Below, piece by piece: positions 1 to 9,422 of a stretch of DNA of 64,000 bases; the first letter of the stretch is position 1; each line of letters opens with the position of its first letter. The stretch lies in assembly GCA_963742785.1 (NCBI GenBank), contig CAVUNI010000003.1, positions 436,692-500,691 of the forward strand, written 5' to 3'. The position numbers and the translations under genes are program-made. Below the pieces are notes generated by a model. It saw only the letters and a list, made by a program, of their open reading frames with translations, was not told the origin of the DNA and searched no databases. Origin of the DNA: an uncultured Actinomycetota bacterium (lineage in GTDB: Bacteria; Actinomycetota; Actinomycetes; Propionibacteriales; Nocardioidaceae).

Positions 1-2311
1 CGGAGGACGAGACGACCGGCTCGAGTGCGTAGGCGAGGATCTCGCCCACATCGGCGACCGGGCGCACGTCCAGCTCGTCGAGCACCTCGGCTGGTACGTC
101 GTCGAGGTCCGGCTCGTTGCGCTTCGGGATGAACACGGTCTTCAGACCAGCGCGCTGGGCGGCGAGCAGCTTCTGCTTCACCCCGCCGATCGGCAGGACC
201 CGGCCGTTCAGGGTGACCTCGCCGGTCATGCCGACGTCGGACCGCACCGGTCGCCCGGTGGCGAGCGAGGACAGCGCCGTCACCATGGTCACGCCCGCGG
301 AGGGACCGTCCTTGGGCACGGCGCCGGCCGGCACGTGCAGGTGCACGACCCGCTCCAGGCTCGCCGGGTCGATCGCATGCTCGGTCCCGTGAGAGCGGAG
401 GTAGGACAGCGCGATCTGCGCCGACTCCTTCATCACGTCTCCCAGCTGGCCGGTGAGCGCCAGCCGGGGTTCCCCGTCCATCGCGGTCGCCTCGATGAAG
501 AGCACGTCACCGCCGGTGCCGGTCACGGCCAGACCGGTCGCGACACCTGGCACCGCCGTACGCTCCGCCGACTCCGGCAGGAACCTCGGACGACCCAGGA
601 ACTCGTTCAGGTTGTCGGTGCCGACGTCGACCGACGGGTCGCCGGTCGCGGCCAGCCGGGTCGCGACCTTGCGCAGCACCTTGGCGATCGCCCGCTCCAG
701 CTGTCGTACGCCGGCCTCGCGGGTGTACTCCCCCGCGACCTGGCGCAGCGCGTCGTCGGAGACGGTGACCTCGTCCTCGGACAGGGCCGCCCGCGACAGC
801 TGGCGCGGCAGCAGGTGGGTCCGTGCGATGGCGACCTTGTCGTCCTCGGTGTACCCGTCGAGCGTGACGACCTCCATCCGGTCGAGCAGCGCACTCGGGA
901 TCGTGTCGACCACGTTGGCCGTCGCCAGGAACAGCACGTCGGACAGGTCGAGGTCGACCTCGAGGTAGTGGTCACGGAAGGTGTGGTTCTGCGCCGGGTC
1001 GAGCACCTCGAGCAACGCGGCCGCCGGGTCGCCGCGGTAGTCCGCGCCGACCTTGTCGATCTCGTCGAGCAGCACGACCGGGTTCATCGACCCGGCCTCG
1101 GAGATGGCCCGGACGATGCGGCCGGGCAGCGCTCCGACGTACGTACGCCGGTGCCCGCGGATCTCGGCCTCGTCGCGGACGCCGCCGAGCGAGACGCGCA
1201 CGAACTTGCGCCCGAGCGTTCTCGCCACGGACTCACCCAGCGACGTCTTGCCGACGCCGGGAGGACCGACGAGCGCGAGCACTGCACCCGAGCCGCGACC
1301 GCCGACGATCTCCATGCCACGGTCGGCGCGGCGGGCGCGCACGGCGAGGTACTCCACGATCCGGTCCTTCACGTCGTCGAGACCGTGGTGGTCGGTGTCG
1401 AGGATCTCGCGGGCGCCCTTGATGTCGGTGGAGTCCTCGGTCCGCGTCGACCACGGGAGCTCGAGCACGGTGTCGAGCCAGGTGCGGATCCAGCTGGCCT
1501 CGGGGGCCTGGTCGCTGGCCCGCTCCAGCTTGCCGACCTCACGCAGCGCGGCCTCGCGCACCTTCTCGGGCAGCTCGGCGGCCTCGACCCGGGTGCGGTA
1601 GTCGTCGGCACCCTCGGGCTCGTCCTCACCGAGCTCCTTGCGGATCGCGGCGAGCTGCTCGCGCAGCAGGAACTCGCGCTGACGCTTGTCCATGCCCTCG
1701 CGCACGTCGTTCTGGATCTTCTCGGTCACGTCGAGCTCGGCGAAGTGCTCGCGTGCCGACTCGAGCACGCGGGTCAGCCGCGTCTCGATCTCGGGGGTCT
1801 CGAGCAGCTCGCGCTTCTGCTCGTCGGTCAGGTACGACGCGTAGCCGGCCATGTCGGCCAGCTGCGAGGGATCGGAGACGTGCTGGACGGTGTCCACGAC
1901 CTGCCAGGCGTTGCGGCGCTGGAGGATCGCGATGACGACGCGCTTGTACTCCTCGGCCAGCTCGCGCACGTGGTCGGTGATGGGGCCCTCGTCGACGGAC
2001 TCGGCCTCGACCCAGAGGGCCGCGCCCGTGCCGGGCACACCTGATCCGATGCGGACGCGCTCGCCGGCGCGGAGAACGGCAGCGCGGGCGCCGCCGGGAA
2101 GGCGGCCGACCTGCTCGATGGTGGCCACCACACCGTGAGTCGGGTAGCGGTCGGAGAGTCGGGGTGCAAGCAGGAGCCTTCCGTCGGAGCCGGCCTGGGC
2201 CGCGTCCACCACGGGACGGGCGTCGCCCTCGAGCTCGACGGGGACGACCATGCCGGGCAGCACCACGAGATCGGGGACGGACAGGAGAGGAAGTGAGATG
2301 ACGTCGGACAT
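1..2311 (-). CDS. lon: ATP-dependent Lon protease (endopeptidase La), 3' end runs off the window
   Basis: Manual translation from ATG 2311: MSDVISLPLL..., Walker A GPPGVGKTS, RGHRRTYVGALPGRI, VVLLDEIDK, catalytic PKDGPSAG and GGVKQKLLAA. Absent from the ORF track because no stop lies in the window. Confidence 0.96.
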   Translation of the reverse strand, partial: MSDVISLPLLSVPDLVVLPGMVVPVELEGDARPVVDAAQAGSDGRLLLAPRLSDRYPTHGVVATIEQVGRLPGGARAAVLRAGERVRIGSGVPGTGAALWVEAESVDEGPITDHVRELAEEYKRVVIAILQRRNAWQVVDTVQHVSDPSQLADMAGYASYLTDEQKRELLETPEIETRLTRVLESAREHFAELDVTEKIQNDVREGMDKRQREFLLREQLAAIRKELGEDEPEGADDYRTRVEAAELPEKVREAALREVGKLERASDQAPEASWIRTWLDTVLELPWSTRTEDSTDIKGAREILDTDHHGLDDVKDRIVEYLAVRARRADRGMEIVGGRGSGAVLALVGPPGVGKTSLGESVARTLGRKFVRVSLGGVRDEAEIRGHRRTYVGALPGRIVRAISEAGSMNPVVLLDEIDKVGADYRGDPAAALLEVLDPAQNHTFRDHYLEVDLDLSDVLFLATANVVDTIPSALLDRMEVVTLDGYTEDDKVAIARTHLLPRQLSRAALSEDEVTVSDDALRQVAGEYTREAGVRQLERAIAKVLRKVATRLAATGDPSVDVGTDNLNEFLGRPRFLPESAERTAVPGVATGLAVTGTGGDVLFIEATAMDGEPRLALTGQLGDVMKESAQIALSYLRSHGTEHAIDPASLERVVHLHVPAGAVPKDGPSAGVTMVTALSSLATGRPVRSDVGMTGEVTLNGRVLPIGGVKQKLLAAQRAGLKTVFIPKRNEPDLDDVPAEVLDELDVRPVADVGEILAYALEPVVSSS

Positions 2312-2323
2312 GGTTCCTCGATT

Positions 2324-2344
2324 CTTGAGTCTGATGGGCTCAAC
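2324..2344. promoter_or_regulatory. HAIR (HspR operator) upstream of lon
   Basis: CTTGAGT-ctgatgg-GCTCAAC matches CTTGAGT-N7-ACTCAAG at 12/14 and lies 13 bp upstream of the lon ATG. Confidence 0.8.
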
Positions 2345-2384
2345 TTCGAGGGGCTGGCCGGTGTTCCCGCCGAGATGTCCGCTG

Positions 2385-2969
2385 TCAGCGAACAGCCGGC
2401 CGGGACACCTTCCGTCGCCACTGTTCCTGCGTCGTGACATGGATCAGCGCCTCGAACAGGACACCGTCGTCCTCGACGACGGCCTCGTGGTCCAGGGACA
2501 TGCCGAGCCTTCGCATCACTGCAAGGCTGCGCACATTCGGCCTGTCGGTGATGGAGATGACCCGGGGCACGCGCAGGGTGTCGAAGGCGTGGTCCAGCCA
2601 GGCGGTGGCGGCCTCGGTGGCGTAGCCGGCACCCCAGTGTTCGTGGGCGAGACGCCAGGCGACCTCGAGGTCGTCCGGGTAGGCGCGCTGGTGGTGCAGG
2701 CCGCAGCTGCCCAGGAAGGCGCCGTCCTCGCGACGCTCGACCGCAAGGAGCCCGATCCCCTCGGACGCAAAGCACTGCTGAGCCCACTCCGCGATGTCGT
2801 CGGAGTGCTCCCGGGTAAGCGGTTCTCCACCCAGGGTCTCCATCACGGCCGGGTCCGCGTTGAGCGCCGCGAACAGCGGTAGGTCCTCGCGGCGGTAGCT
2901 GCGGAGCAACAACCGCGGGGTGGTCAGGACGATGGTTCCGTCCCAGGTGGTCACACCGCGGGCGTCCAT
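2385..2969 (-). CDS. GNAT (RimJ/RimL-like) N-acetyltransferase
   Basis: TPRLLLR start motif, FLGSCGL, EVAWRL...WGAGYATEAA, NVRSLAVMRRLGM. Start placed at ATG 2969 inside the longer track ORF. Confidence 0.85.
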   Translation of the reverse strand: MDARGVTTWDGTIVLTTPRLLLRSYRREDLPLFAALNADPAVMETLGGEPLTREHSDDIAEWAQQCFASEGIGLLAVERREDGAFLGSCGLHHQRAYPDDLEVAWRLAHEHWGAGYATEAATAWLDHAFDTLRVPRVISITDRPNVRSLAVMRRLGMSLDHEAVVEDDGVLFEALIHVTTQEQWRRKVSRPAVR

Positions 2970-2973
2970 GTCC

Positions 2974-3885
2974 TCACACCCCGACTGCCGTGTTCGCCGT
3001 CTCGGTCCGGGCGGTCCCGAAGTGGTCGCCCAGCCGTTCGGCGCCGACTGCCGGCGCAAGGAAGTCGGCCGTCAGAGCGCGAGCGGTGAAGTCGGTGACC
3101 TCGGCGAGACGAGGGTGCAGCGGGCGAAGCAGGTAGGCGCACGCGATCAGCGCCCATCGCGGGAGATGCAGGATGCGCGGTCTCCTGCCGGCCGTCTCGA
3201 AGGCGAGACGGACGATGTCCTCTCGCGTGAGGACCTCGGGGCCACCAAGGGGAATGCTGAGGTTCTCGGTCTGTTCCACGGCCGCGACGCACAGCTGAGC
3301 CACCTCCCGCGGGTGGACGGGGTTGGTGCGTGCCTGACCGCTGCCGGGAATGCACACAAGACCCCGGCGAGCCATCGGCACGAAGGGATCGAAGATGGGA
3401 AACATTCCTGTCGGACGAACGACGGCGTACGAGATTTCCGAGCTGGCCAGACCTTCGACAACCGCTTCATGTGCACGGGCGTACGCCGTGCCTGCCCAAC
3501 TGGGGCGCATCAGCAGGGACACGTACACGAAACGACGCACCTCGGCCTGCTTGGCGGCGTGGAGCAGATTCAGGTTGGCGACGGTGTCCACCTTCCTGAA
3601 GCTACGTCGATCGGACGCGACGAAGGCCATCGGCGCCCCCAGGCAGGAGACGACCGCGTCGACGCCATCCATGGCCCCGACCAGGGTGGCGGCGTCGGTG
3701 GCATCGCCGAGAACCACCTCGTCAGCGATCCCTGCCAGCTCCTGCGCCCGGACAGGGTCCCTCGACAAGGTCTTGACCCGATACCCGTCGGCAACCAGGA
3801 GCGCCACGACCTCGCGGCCCAGCATTCCCGTGGCGCCTGCGACAAGGACGGTGTGCAAGCCAGGTCCTGAATGCATGGCGCTCAC
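2974..3885 (-). CDS. NAD(P)-binding atypical SDR oxidoreductase (NmrA/NAD_binding_10-like)
   Basis: N-terminal VLVAGATGMLG Rossmann motif, RFVYVS, YARAH, VRPTG. Confidence 0.8.
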   Translation of the reverse strand: MSAMHSGPGLHTVLVAGATGMLGREVVALLVADGYRVKTLSRDPVRAQELAGIADEVVLGDATDAATLVGAMDGVDAVVSCLGAPMAFVASDRRSFRKVDTVANLNLLHAAKQAEVRRFVYVSLLMRPSWAGTAYARAHEAVVEGLASSEISYAVVRPTGMFPIFDPFVPMARRGLVCIPGSGQARTNPVHPREVAQLCVAAVEQTENLSIPLGGPEVLTREDIVRLAFETAGRRPRILHLPRWALIACAYLLRPLHPRLAEVTDFTARALTADFLAPAVGAERLGDHFGTARTETANTAVGV

Positions 3886-4241
3886 CGGTCGGCCCTCGTA
3901 CCCGCAGATGCACCATCACTGATGCTGGCGACAGCACCATCAGTGCGCACGCCCCTGGCCGCATCGAACACAGGACGTAGAGCTCGCAGCTCATAGACCA
4001 TCACTCCCGCCAGCACAGCCGGGTCGGCGTCCATCACTGCACGGGCGGCCGTCTCGTCCCGCACGTCCAGGACGGCAATTCCTCCGCCGTGGTCGAACGG
4101 TCCGCCCAGCTGCAGCACCCCTGCGTCGTACTGCTCCCGCATCGCGACCAGGTGGTCCTCGACCGGCTTGCCCTGTTCGTAGACACTCTTGCCCTCGATC
4201 CAGCGAGGGCCGTGTCCGATGAGTGCGACGTACTTCCTCAT
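3882..4241 (-). CDS. YCII-related domain protein
   Basis: EDHLVAM...LQLGGPFDHGGGIAVL...MDADPAV pattern; start set at ATG 4241 (MRKYVAL); 4-bp overlap with the SDR gene. Confidence 0.7.
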   Translation of the reverse strand: MRKYVALIGHGPRWIEGKSVYEQGKPVEDHLVAMREQYDAGVLQLGGPFDHGGGIAVLDVRDETAARAVMDADPAVLAGVMVYELRALRPVFDAARGVRTDGAVASISDGASAGTRADR

Positions 4242-4249
4242 GACTTCCT

Positions 4250-4335
4250 CCATACGGTTGGGTATGGACTTACCATACGCATGCGTATGGGGCTTGGTCA
4301 AGGGATTCTGGGAACAGCCATACGCTAGGGTATGG
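4250..4335. promoter_or_regulatory. Three 18-bp palindromic operators (CCATACG-N4-[C/G]GTATGG), probably bound by the adjacent TetR
   Basis: 4250-4267 CCATACGGTTGGGTATGG; 4273-4290 CCATACGCATGCGTATGG (perfect palindrome); 4318-4335 CCATACGCTAGGGTATGG, overlapping the TAGGGT -10 of tetR. Confidence 0.8.
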
Positions 4336-4338
4336 CGC

Positions 4339-4899
4339 ATGGGTTTCCCGAAGAACGAGCGCCTTGGCCGCCCGGACTGGATCGACGCAGCCCTGCGCGC
4401 GCTGGCAGTCGGAGGTCTCGGCAGCCTCTCGGTGGAGCGGCTGGCAACCGAGCTCGGAGCGACGAAGGGCAGCTTCTACTGGCATTTCAAGAACCGATCA
4501 GACCTCGTCGACGCGGCCCTGGCGGAGTGGGAGCGACGCGACACTGACCAGCTCATCGAACGCGCTTCGGAGATCGACGACCCTCGAGAGCGCCTGCGGT
4601 GGCTCTTCAGCGTCGTGTTCAGTGACGCCGGCGGCGTCGGGATCGACTCAGCGCTGCTCGCCGACGCCGAGGATCCGGCCGTGGCCGCGGCCCTGGAGCG
4701 GGTTGCGTCGAAGCGGCTGGGCTACATCGAGGCGCAGTACAAGCGGATGGGCGTCAAGCCCGCCTCGGATCGGGCCGTGCTGACCTACACCGCCTTCGTC
4801 GGGTTGACCCAGCTGCGACGCAGCACCCCCTCGCTCGCCCCGCAGGGAAGACGGTCAACCAGGTACCTCTCCACCATCACGCAACTTCTCATCGACTGA
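4339..4899 (+). CDS. TetR/AcrR family transcriptional regulator
   Basis: WIDAALRAL...SVERLATELGATKGSFYWHFKNR helix-turn-helix; start set at ATG 4339. Confidence 0.92.
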   Translation: MGFPKNERLGRPDWIDAALRALAVGGLGSLSVERLATELGATKGSFYWHFKNRSDLVDAALAEWERRDTDQLIERASEIDDPRERLRWLFSVVFSDAGGVGIDSALLADAEDPAVAAALERVASKRLGYIEAQYKRMGVKPASDRAVLTYTAFVGLTQLRRSTPSLAPQGRRSTRYLSTITQLLID

Positions 4900-4956
4900 A
4901 CGATCGCTGAGAGACGGGCTCAGATGAGGCGCTGCCGCGCTGCGTACGATTCGATC

Positions 4957-6102
4957 GTGGTGGCCCGCTTGCTGAAGGGACCCGCCCCCGTCCTGGTCCT
5001 GGTCGTCGTGGCGGGCGTCGCGGGTGCCTTGCACGGAGGCTTCACGGATCTCTTCGTCTACCAGTACGGCGGCCAGGCGGTGTTGGAGTCTCTGCCGGTC
5101 TACGCGTCCGGCGATCCGGTGACCGGCCTGCCGTTCACCTATCCACCGTTCGCGGCCGTGCTGATGGTGCCGCTGGCGCTGCTGCCGGCGGCGCCCGCGG
5201 CTGCATTCTGGGCAGCGGCCTCGGCCGGAGCGCTGGCGGCAGTCGTCGTGGTGGTACGCCGCGCGCAGGGTGTGCCGGCTCCGGGGTGGCTGGTCGCGCT
5301 CCTGGCCGGCGGTGCGCTCGCCCTCGAGCCGGTGTGGCAGAACCTCACGTTCGGGCAGGTCAACCTGTTCCTGATGCTGGCGGTCCTGCTTGACGTCACG
5401 CGACCGGAACGCCGCTGGTCGGGCGTGCTGGTGGGCATCGCCGCAGGTGTGAAGCTGACCCCCCTCGTCTTCGTCGTCCTGCTGGTGCTGGTCGGTCGTC
5501 GGGCGGCTGCGGGCCGGGCGATGCTGGCCTTCGTCGGCACCGTCGCAGTCGGGTTCGTGGTGATGCCGGGCGCGGCAGTGACGTACTGGACAGACGGTCT
5601 CGTCGACGCGGACCGGGTCGGCCCGCCGGCGTTGGCCCACAACCAGTCCGCCAACGGCGCGCTCACCCGGCTCTTCGACGGTCCCCCGCCGACCCTGCTC
5701 TGGCTGGTGCTCGCCGGGTCGCTCTCGGTTGCGGTACTGGTCGTCGCCGCTGCGTGGTGGCGGCGCGGTGACCGGGTGCTCGGAAGCTGCCTGGGAGCGC
5801 TGGCGATGCTGATCGCGTCCCCGGTCTCGTGGTCGCACCACTGGGTGTGGGCGGTGCCGGTCGCGCTGGTGCTGTGGGAGCGCAGTCGGTGGGCGGGCGC
5901 GTCATGGGCCGCGGTGTTCGTGCTCCGACCAGTCGTCTGGCCGCCCTACAGCGAGGGCCGCGAGTTCGCGTGGGGGCCGCACGACCACCTCGTCGGTAAC
6001 GCCTACCTCCTCGCCGCCCTCGTCCTCTCGGTCTGGGCAGCGGCCACCCTCAGCCGACGAGCCGGCCTCGCACATCGGCAGGAGCAACCTGCGAGTGGTT
6101 GA
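4957..6102 (+). CDS. GT87/DUF2029 polyprenol-phosphate-mannose-dependent mannosyltransferase (PimE-like)
   Basis: DLFVY, LPFTYPPFAA, GQVNL, GIAAGVKLTP, HNQS, SPVSWSHHWVW; multi-TM. GTG 4957 lies 6 nt after TACGAT. Confidence 0.85.
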   Translation: MVARLLKGPAPVLVLVVVAGVAGALHGGFTDLFVYQYGGQAVLESLPVYASGDPVTGLPFTYPPFAAVLMVPLALLPAAPAAAFWAAASAGALAAVVVVVRRAQGVPAPGWLVALLAGGALALEPVWQNLTFGQVNLFLMLAVLLDVTRPERRWSGVLVGIAAGVKLTPLVFVVLLVLVGRRAAAGRAMLAFVGTVAVGFVVMPGAAVTYWTDGLVDADRVGPPALAHNQSANGALTRLFDGPPPTLLWLVLAGSLSVAVLVVAAAWWRRGDRVLGSCLGALAMLIASPVSWSHHWVWAVPVALVLWERSRWAGASWAAVFVLRPVVWPPYSEGREFAWGPHDHLVGNAYLLAALVLSVWAAATLSRRAGLAHRQEQPASG

Positions 6103-6111
6103 CGACGTATC

Positions 6112-6501
6112 TCAGACGTAGCCGATGACCCGGGTGATGGTGATCCGCAGGGCGACCCGCAGGGGGTTCACGCGCGGTGGGCGGTAGCGCTCGGTGTAGC
6201 GGCGTACGGCCTCGGCGACGGAGTCCGGGTCGTCGAGCACCTCGGCGGTGCCCTCGATGGTCGACCACCGCATGCCGTCGACCTGGTTGACGGCCACGCG
6301 TGTGTCGTGGCCGGCGCGCAGGTTCGCCACCTTCTGGGAGGTCCGCGAGGTGATGCCCCAGGCACTGTTGCTCTCTGGGTCGATGACGATGCCCATGGGT
6401 ACGACGTGCGGCGACCCGTCGCGCCGGAGGGTGGTCACCGAGCAGAGATGCCGTTCGCGCCAGAACTCGAGGTGCTCACCGGTGAGCTCGCGAGACCTCA
6501 C
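6112..6501 (-). CDS. PPOX-class (pyridoxamine 5'-phosphate oxidase-like) F420-dependent protein
   Basis: TTLRRDGSPHVVPM, SQKVANLR, WSTIEGTAEVL. GTG 6501 overlaps the DAHP synthase stop. Confidence 0.8.
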   Translation of the reverse strand: MRSRELTGEHLEFWRERHLCSVTTLRRDGSPHVVPMGIVIDPESNSAWGITSRTSQKVANLRAGHDTRVAVNQVDGMRWSTIEGTAEVLDDPDSVAEAVRRYTERYRPPRVNPLRVALRITITRVIGYV

Positions 6502-7838
6502 GCCTTGCGGAGCATCTCGGCGACGAGGAAGGACAGCTCGAGGGACTGCACCCGGTTGAGCCGCGGGTCGCAGACCGACTCGTAGCGGTCGGACAGGTCG
6601 GCCTCGAGCAGGTGCTCGCCCCCACCCACGCACTCGGTGACGTCGTCTCCGGTGAGCTCGACGTGGAGACCTCCCGGCCAGGTGCCGACGGCGCGGTGCA
6701 CGTCGAAGAAGCCCTGGACCTCCTCGATGACGTCGTCGAAACGACGGGTCTTGTAGCCCGAGGACGCCTCGAAGGTGTTGCCGTGCATCGGGTCGCACAC
6801 CCACGCGACCTCGATCCCGGCGGCGTCGATCTTCTCCAGCAGCGGCGGCAGGGCTTCGCGGATCTTGCCTGCGCCCATGCGGGTGATGAAGGTCAGCCGT
6901 CCGGGCTCGTTCGTCGGGTTGAGTCGCCCGGCCAGCGCGATCGCGTCGTCGGCGGTCGAGGTCGGACCGAGCTTGACCCCTATCGGGTTCTGGATGTGGC
7001 TGAGCAGCTCCGCGTGGGCACCGTCGAGCTGGCGGGTCCGCTCACCGATCCAGACGAAGTGGCTGGAGACGTCGTACGGCAGCTGGGTGCGGCTGTCGAT
7101 GCGGGTCATGGCGTGTTCGTACTCGAGGATCAGCGCCTCGTGGCTGGAGTGGAAGTCGACGCGGTGGAACTCGTCGGGGTCGGCCCCGATCGCCTTCATG
7201 AAGCTGAGCGCGCGGTCGATCTCGGCAGCCACCTGCTCGTACTTCCGTCCCACCTCGGACCCGAGGACGAAATCGGTGTTCCAGGTGTGCACCTGCCGCA
7301 GGTCGGCGTAGCCGCCGGTGACGAAGGCGCGCACGAGGTTCAGCGTCGCAGCGGATGCGTGGTACACCTCGACGAGCCGCTGCGGGTCAGGGACGCGCGA
7401 CTCCTCGGTGAACTCGAAGCCGTTGACCGCGTCGCCGCGGTAGGCGGGGAGAGTGACCCCGTTGCGGGTCTCGAAGTCCGACGAGCGCGGCTTGGCGAAC
7501 TGACCGGCGAGCCGGCCGAGCTTCACCACAGGGACCGACGCGGCGTACGTCAGCACGACGGCCATCTGCAGCAGCACCCGCAGCTTGTTGCGGGTGTTGT
7601 CGGCGGTCACCCCGTCGAACGTCTCGGCGCAGTCGCCACCCTGGAGCAGGAACGCCTCGCCCTTGGCGACGGCCCCGAGCTTCTCCTTCAGTGCGTCGCA
7701 CTCGCCGGCGAAGACGAGGGGCGGCATCCGGCGCAGGCGCGCGACAGCGGCCTCGACCGCCGCCACGTCTGGGTACGACGGCTGCTGGGCGGGCCCCATC
7801 GCGTGCAGTGACGCGAGGTCAGGTACTCGTTCGGACAC
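6498..7838 (-). CDS. aroF: Class II 3-deoxy-7-phosphoheptulonate (DAHP) synthase
   Basis: FLLQGGDCAE, GRLAGQFAKPRS, YRGDAVN, WIGERTRQLDGAH, CDPMHGNT, CDPRLN. Confidence 0.93.
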   Translation of the reverse strand: MSERVPDLASLHAMGPAQQPSYPDVAAVEAAVARLRRMPPLVFAGECDALKEKLGAVAKGEAFLLQGGDCAETFDGVTADNTRNKLRVLLQMAVVLTYAASVPVVKLGRLAGQFAKPRSSDFETRNGVTLPAYRGDAVNGFEFTEESRVPDPQRLVEVYHASAATLNLVRAFVTGGYADLRQVHTWNTDFVLGSEVGRKYEQVAAEIDRALSFMKAIGADPDEFHRVDFHSSHEALILEYEHAMTRIDSRTQLPYDVSSHFVWIGERTRQLDGAHAELLSHIQNPIGVKLGPTSTADDAIALAGRLNPTNEPGRLTFITRMGAGKIREALPPLLEKIDAAGIEVAWVCDPMHGNTFEASSGYKTRRFDDVIEEVQGFFDVHRAVGTWPGGLHVELTGDDVTECVGGGEHLLEADLSDRYESVCDPRLNRVQSLELSFLVAEMLRKA

Positions 7839-7882
7839 CGCACCATGCTACGGGTCGCTCTCCGGGGGCGTGCCCGGCGTGA

Positions 7883-9328
7883 CTACCCGCCGAGGTGCTC
7901 AGGGTCGCGGATCTGGCCGGCCGGAGGGTTCTGGGACCGGTTGATGAAGTAGGTGATCGCCCACAGCACGATGCCGATGAGCATCAACCCGCCCGCGATC
8001 TGGTAGATCAGCGCGTCCCGGTCGACCCACGGCCCGATCAGGAATGCGCAGAGCAGGGCCGCGATGGCGGGCGTGGGGCCGGGCGACCTGAAGTGGCCGC
8101 TGTCGCCGTCGCGACGCAGCACCAGGCAGGCCACGTTGACGACCGTGAACACCGCGAGGAGCAACAGCGAGGTCACGCTCGCCAGGTTGAGGACGATCTC
8201 GTCCTCGGCCCTCTGGGCGACGTAGATGATCAGGCCCAGGGCGAGCGCGGTGGAGAACATGATGCCGACGTACGGCGCGCGACTGTTGGGCGAGACCTTG
8301 CCGAGGGCGCGCGGCAACACGTCCTGGTTGGCCAGACCGTAGAGCAACCGGCTGGCCATGAGCATGTTGATCAGCGCGGTGTTGGCCACCGCGAAGCAGG
8401 CCAGGAACGGGAAGATCTTGTCTATCGGGAAGTCCGGCGAGCCGACCCGCACCACCTCGAGCAGCGCCCGCCCCTCGGAGGCGTTGGCGATCTGGTCCGA
8501 GGTGAGCACGGTGACGACCGAGACCGCGACCAGCATGTAGATGATGACTGCGATGCCGAGACCGGTGAGCAGCGTGCGCGGGAAGATCTTCGCCGGCTCC
8601 TTGGTCTCCTCGACCATGTTGACCGAGTCCTCGAACCCGACCATCGCGAAGAACGCGATCGACGTGGCAGCCGTGACCGCGAGGAACAACCCCTTGTCAC
8701 CGGAGTCGGTGAAGGTCGTGACGCGACTGAAGTCACCGTCACCCTGGGCCATCACGTAGAAGCCGACGCCGATGACGATGGTCAGCGCGGCGACCTCGAC
8801 CAGGGTGAGGATGACGTTGAACTTGACCGACTCACCGACGCCGCGCAGGTTGATCAGCGCGAGCAGCACCATGAACCCGAGCGCGATCAGCATGATGGTG
8901 CCGGTGCCGGGAGTCGAGTCGATCCAGCCGTTGGCCTCGAAACCACCGGTCAGGTTCTGCGCCAACACGTTGGACGACGTGGCGGCGCTGGTGATGCCGG
9001 AGCAGATCACTCCGAAGGCGACGAGGAACGTCACGAAGTGAACACCGAACGCCTTGTGCGTGTAGAGCGCCGCGCCCGCAGCCTGCGGGTACTTGCAGAC
9101 CAGTTCCAGGTACGACAGCGCCGTGAGGGTCGCCACGATGAAAGCCACCAGGAACGGCAGCCAGGCGATGCCGCCCACGATCCCGCTCAGCTGCCCGGTG
9201 ACGGCGTACACGCCGGCCCCGAGGATGTCGCCGACGATGAACAACAGCAGCAGGCCGGGACCCATCACCCGCTTGAGATCTGGCTGCGGGCCGTTGACGT
9301 CAGGTTCGCGATCCGTGGTCGTGGACAT
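7883..9328 (-). CDS. APC family amino acid permease
   Basis: GDILGAGVY, YPQAAGAALY, FFAMVGFEDSVNMVEE; about 12 TM segments. Confidence 0.9.
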   Translation of the reverse strand: MSTTTDREPDVNGPQPDLKRVMGPGLLLLFIVGDILGAGVYAVTGQLSGIVGGIAWLPFLVAFIVATLTALSYLELVCKYPQAAGAALYTHKAFGVHFVTFLVAFGVICSGITSAATSSNVLAQNLTGGFEANGWIDSTPGTGTIMLIALGFMVLLALINLRGVGESVKFNVILTLVEVAALTIVIGVGFYVMAQGDGDFSRVTTFTDSGDKGLFLAVTAATSIAFFAMVGFEDSVNMVEETKEPAKIFPRTLLTGLGIAVIIYMLVAVSVVTVLTSDQIANASEGRALLEVVRVGSPDFPIDKIFPFLACFAVANTALINMLMASRLLYGLANQDVLPRALGKVSPNSRAPYVGIMFSTALALGLIIYVAQRAEDEIVLNLASVTSLLLLAVFTVVNVACLVLRRDGDSGHFRSPGPTPAIAALLCAFLIGPWVDRDALIYQIAGGLMLIGIVLWAITYFINRSQNPPAGQIRDPEHLGG

Positions 9329-9422
9329 GGCGACCTCCTGGTGGAGTAGGTCCCGTCATTGTGAGGTATGTCTCACCAGTCACAAAGGCCCCACGCGTAA
9401 CAATTTGGCCTCGCATCTGGGT

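Noticed and set aside
335-2044. Long + strand ORF (569 aa), and similar long ORFs at 7895-9349, 9093-11243, 26529-28424, 28710-30608, 31385-33130, 38845-40683, 41479-42996, 44943-46709 and 54540-56378
   Set aside because: Antisense shadows of clear genes (lon, APC permease, ftsK, rnj, pnp and others). High GC3 suppresses stops on the opposite strand; no motifs.
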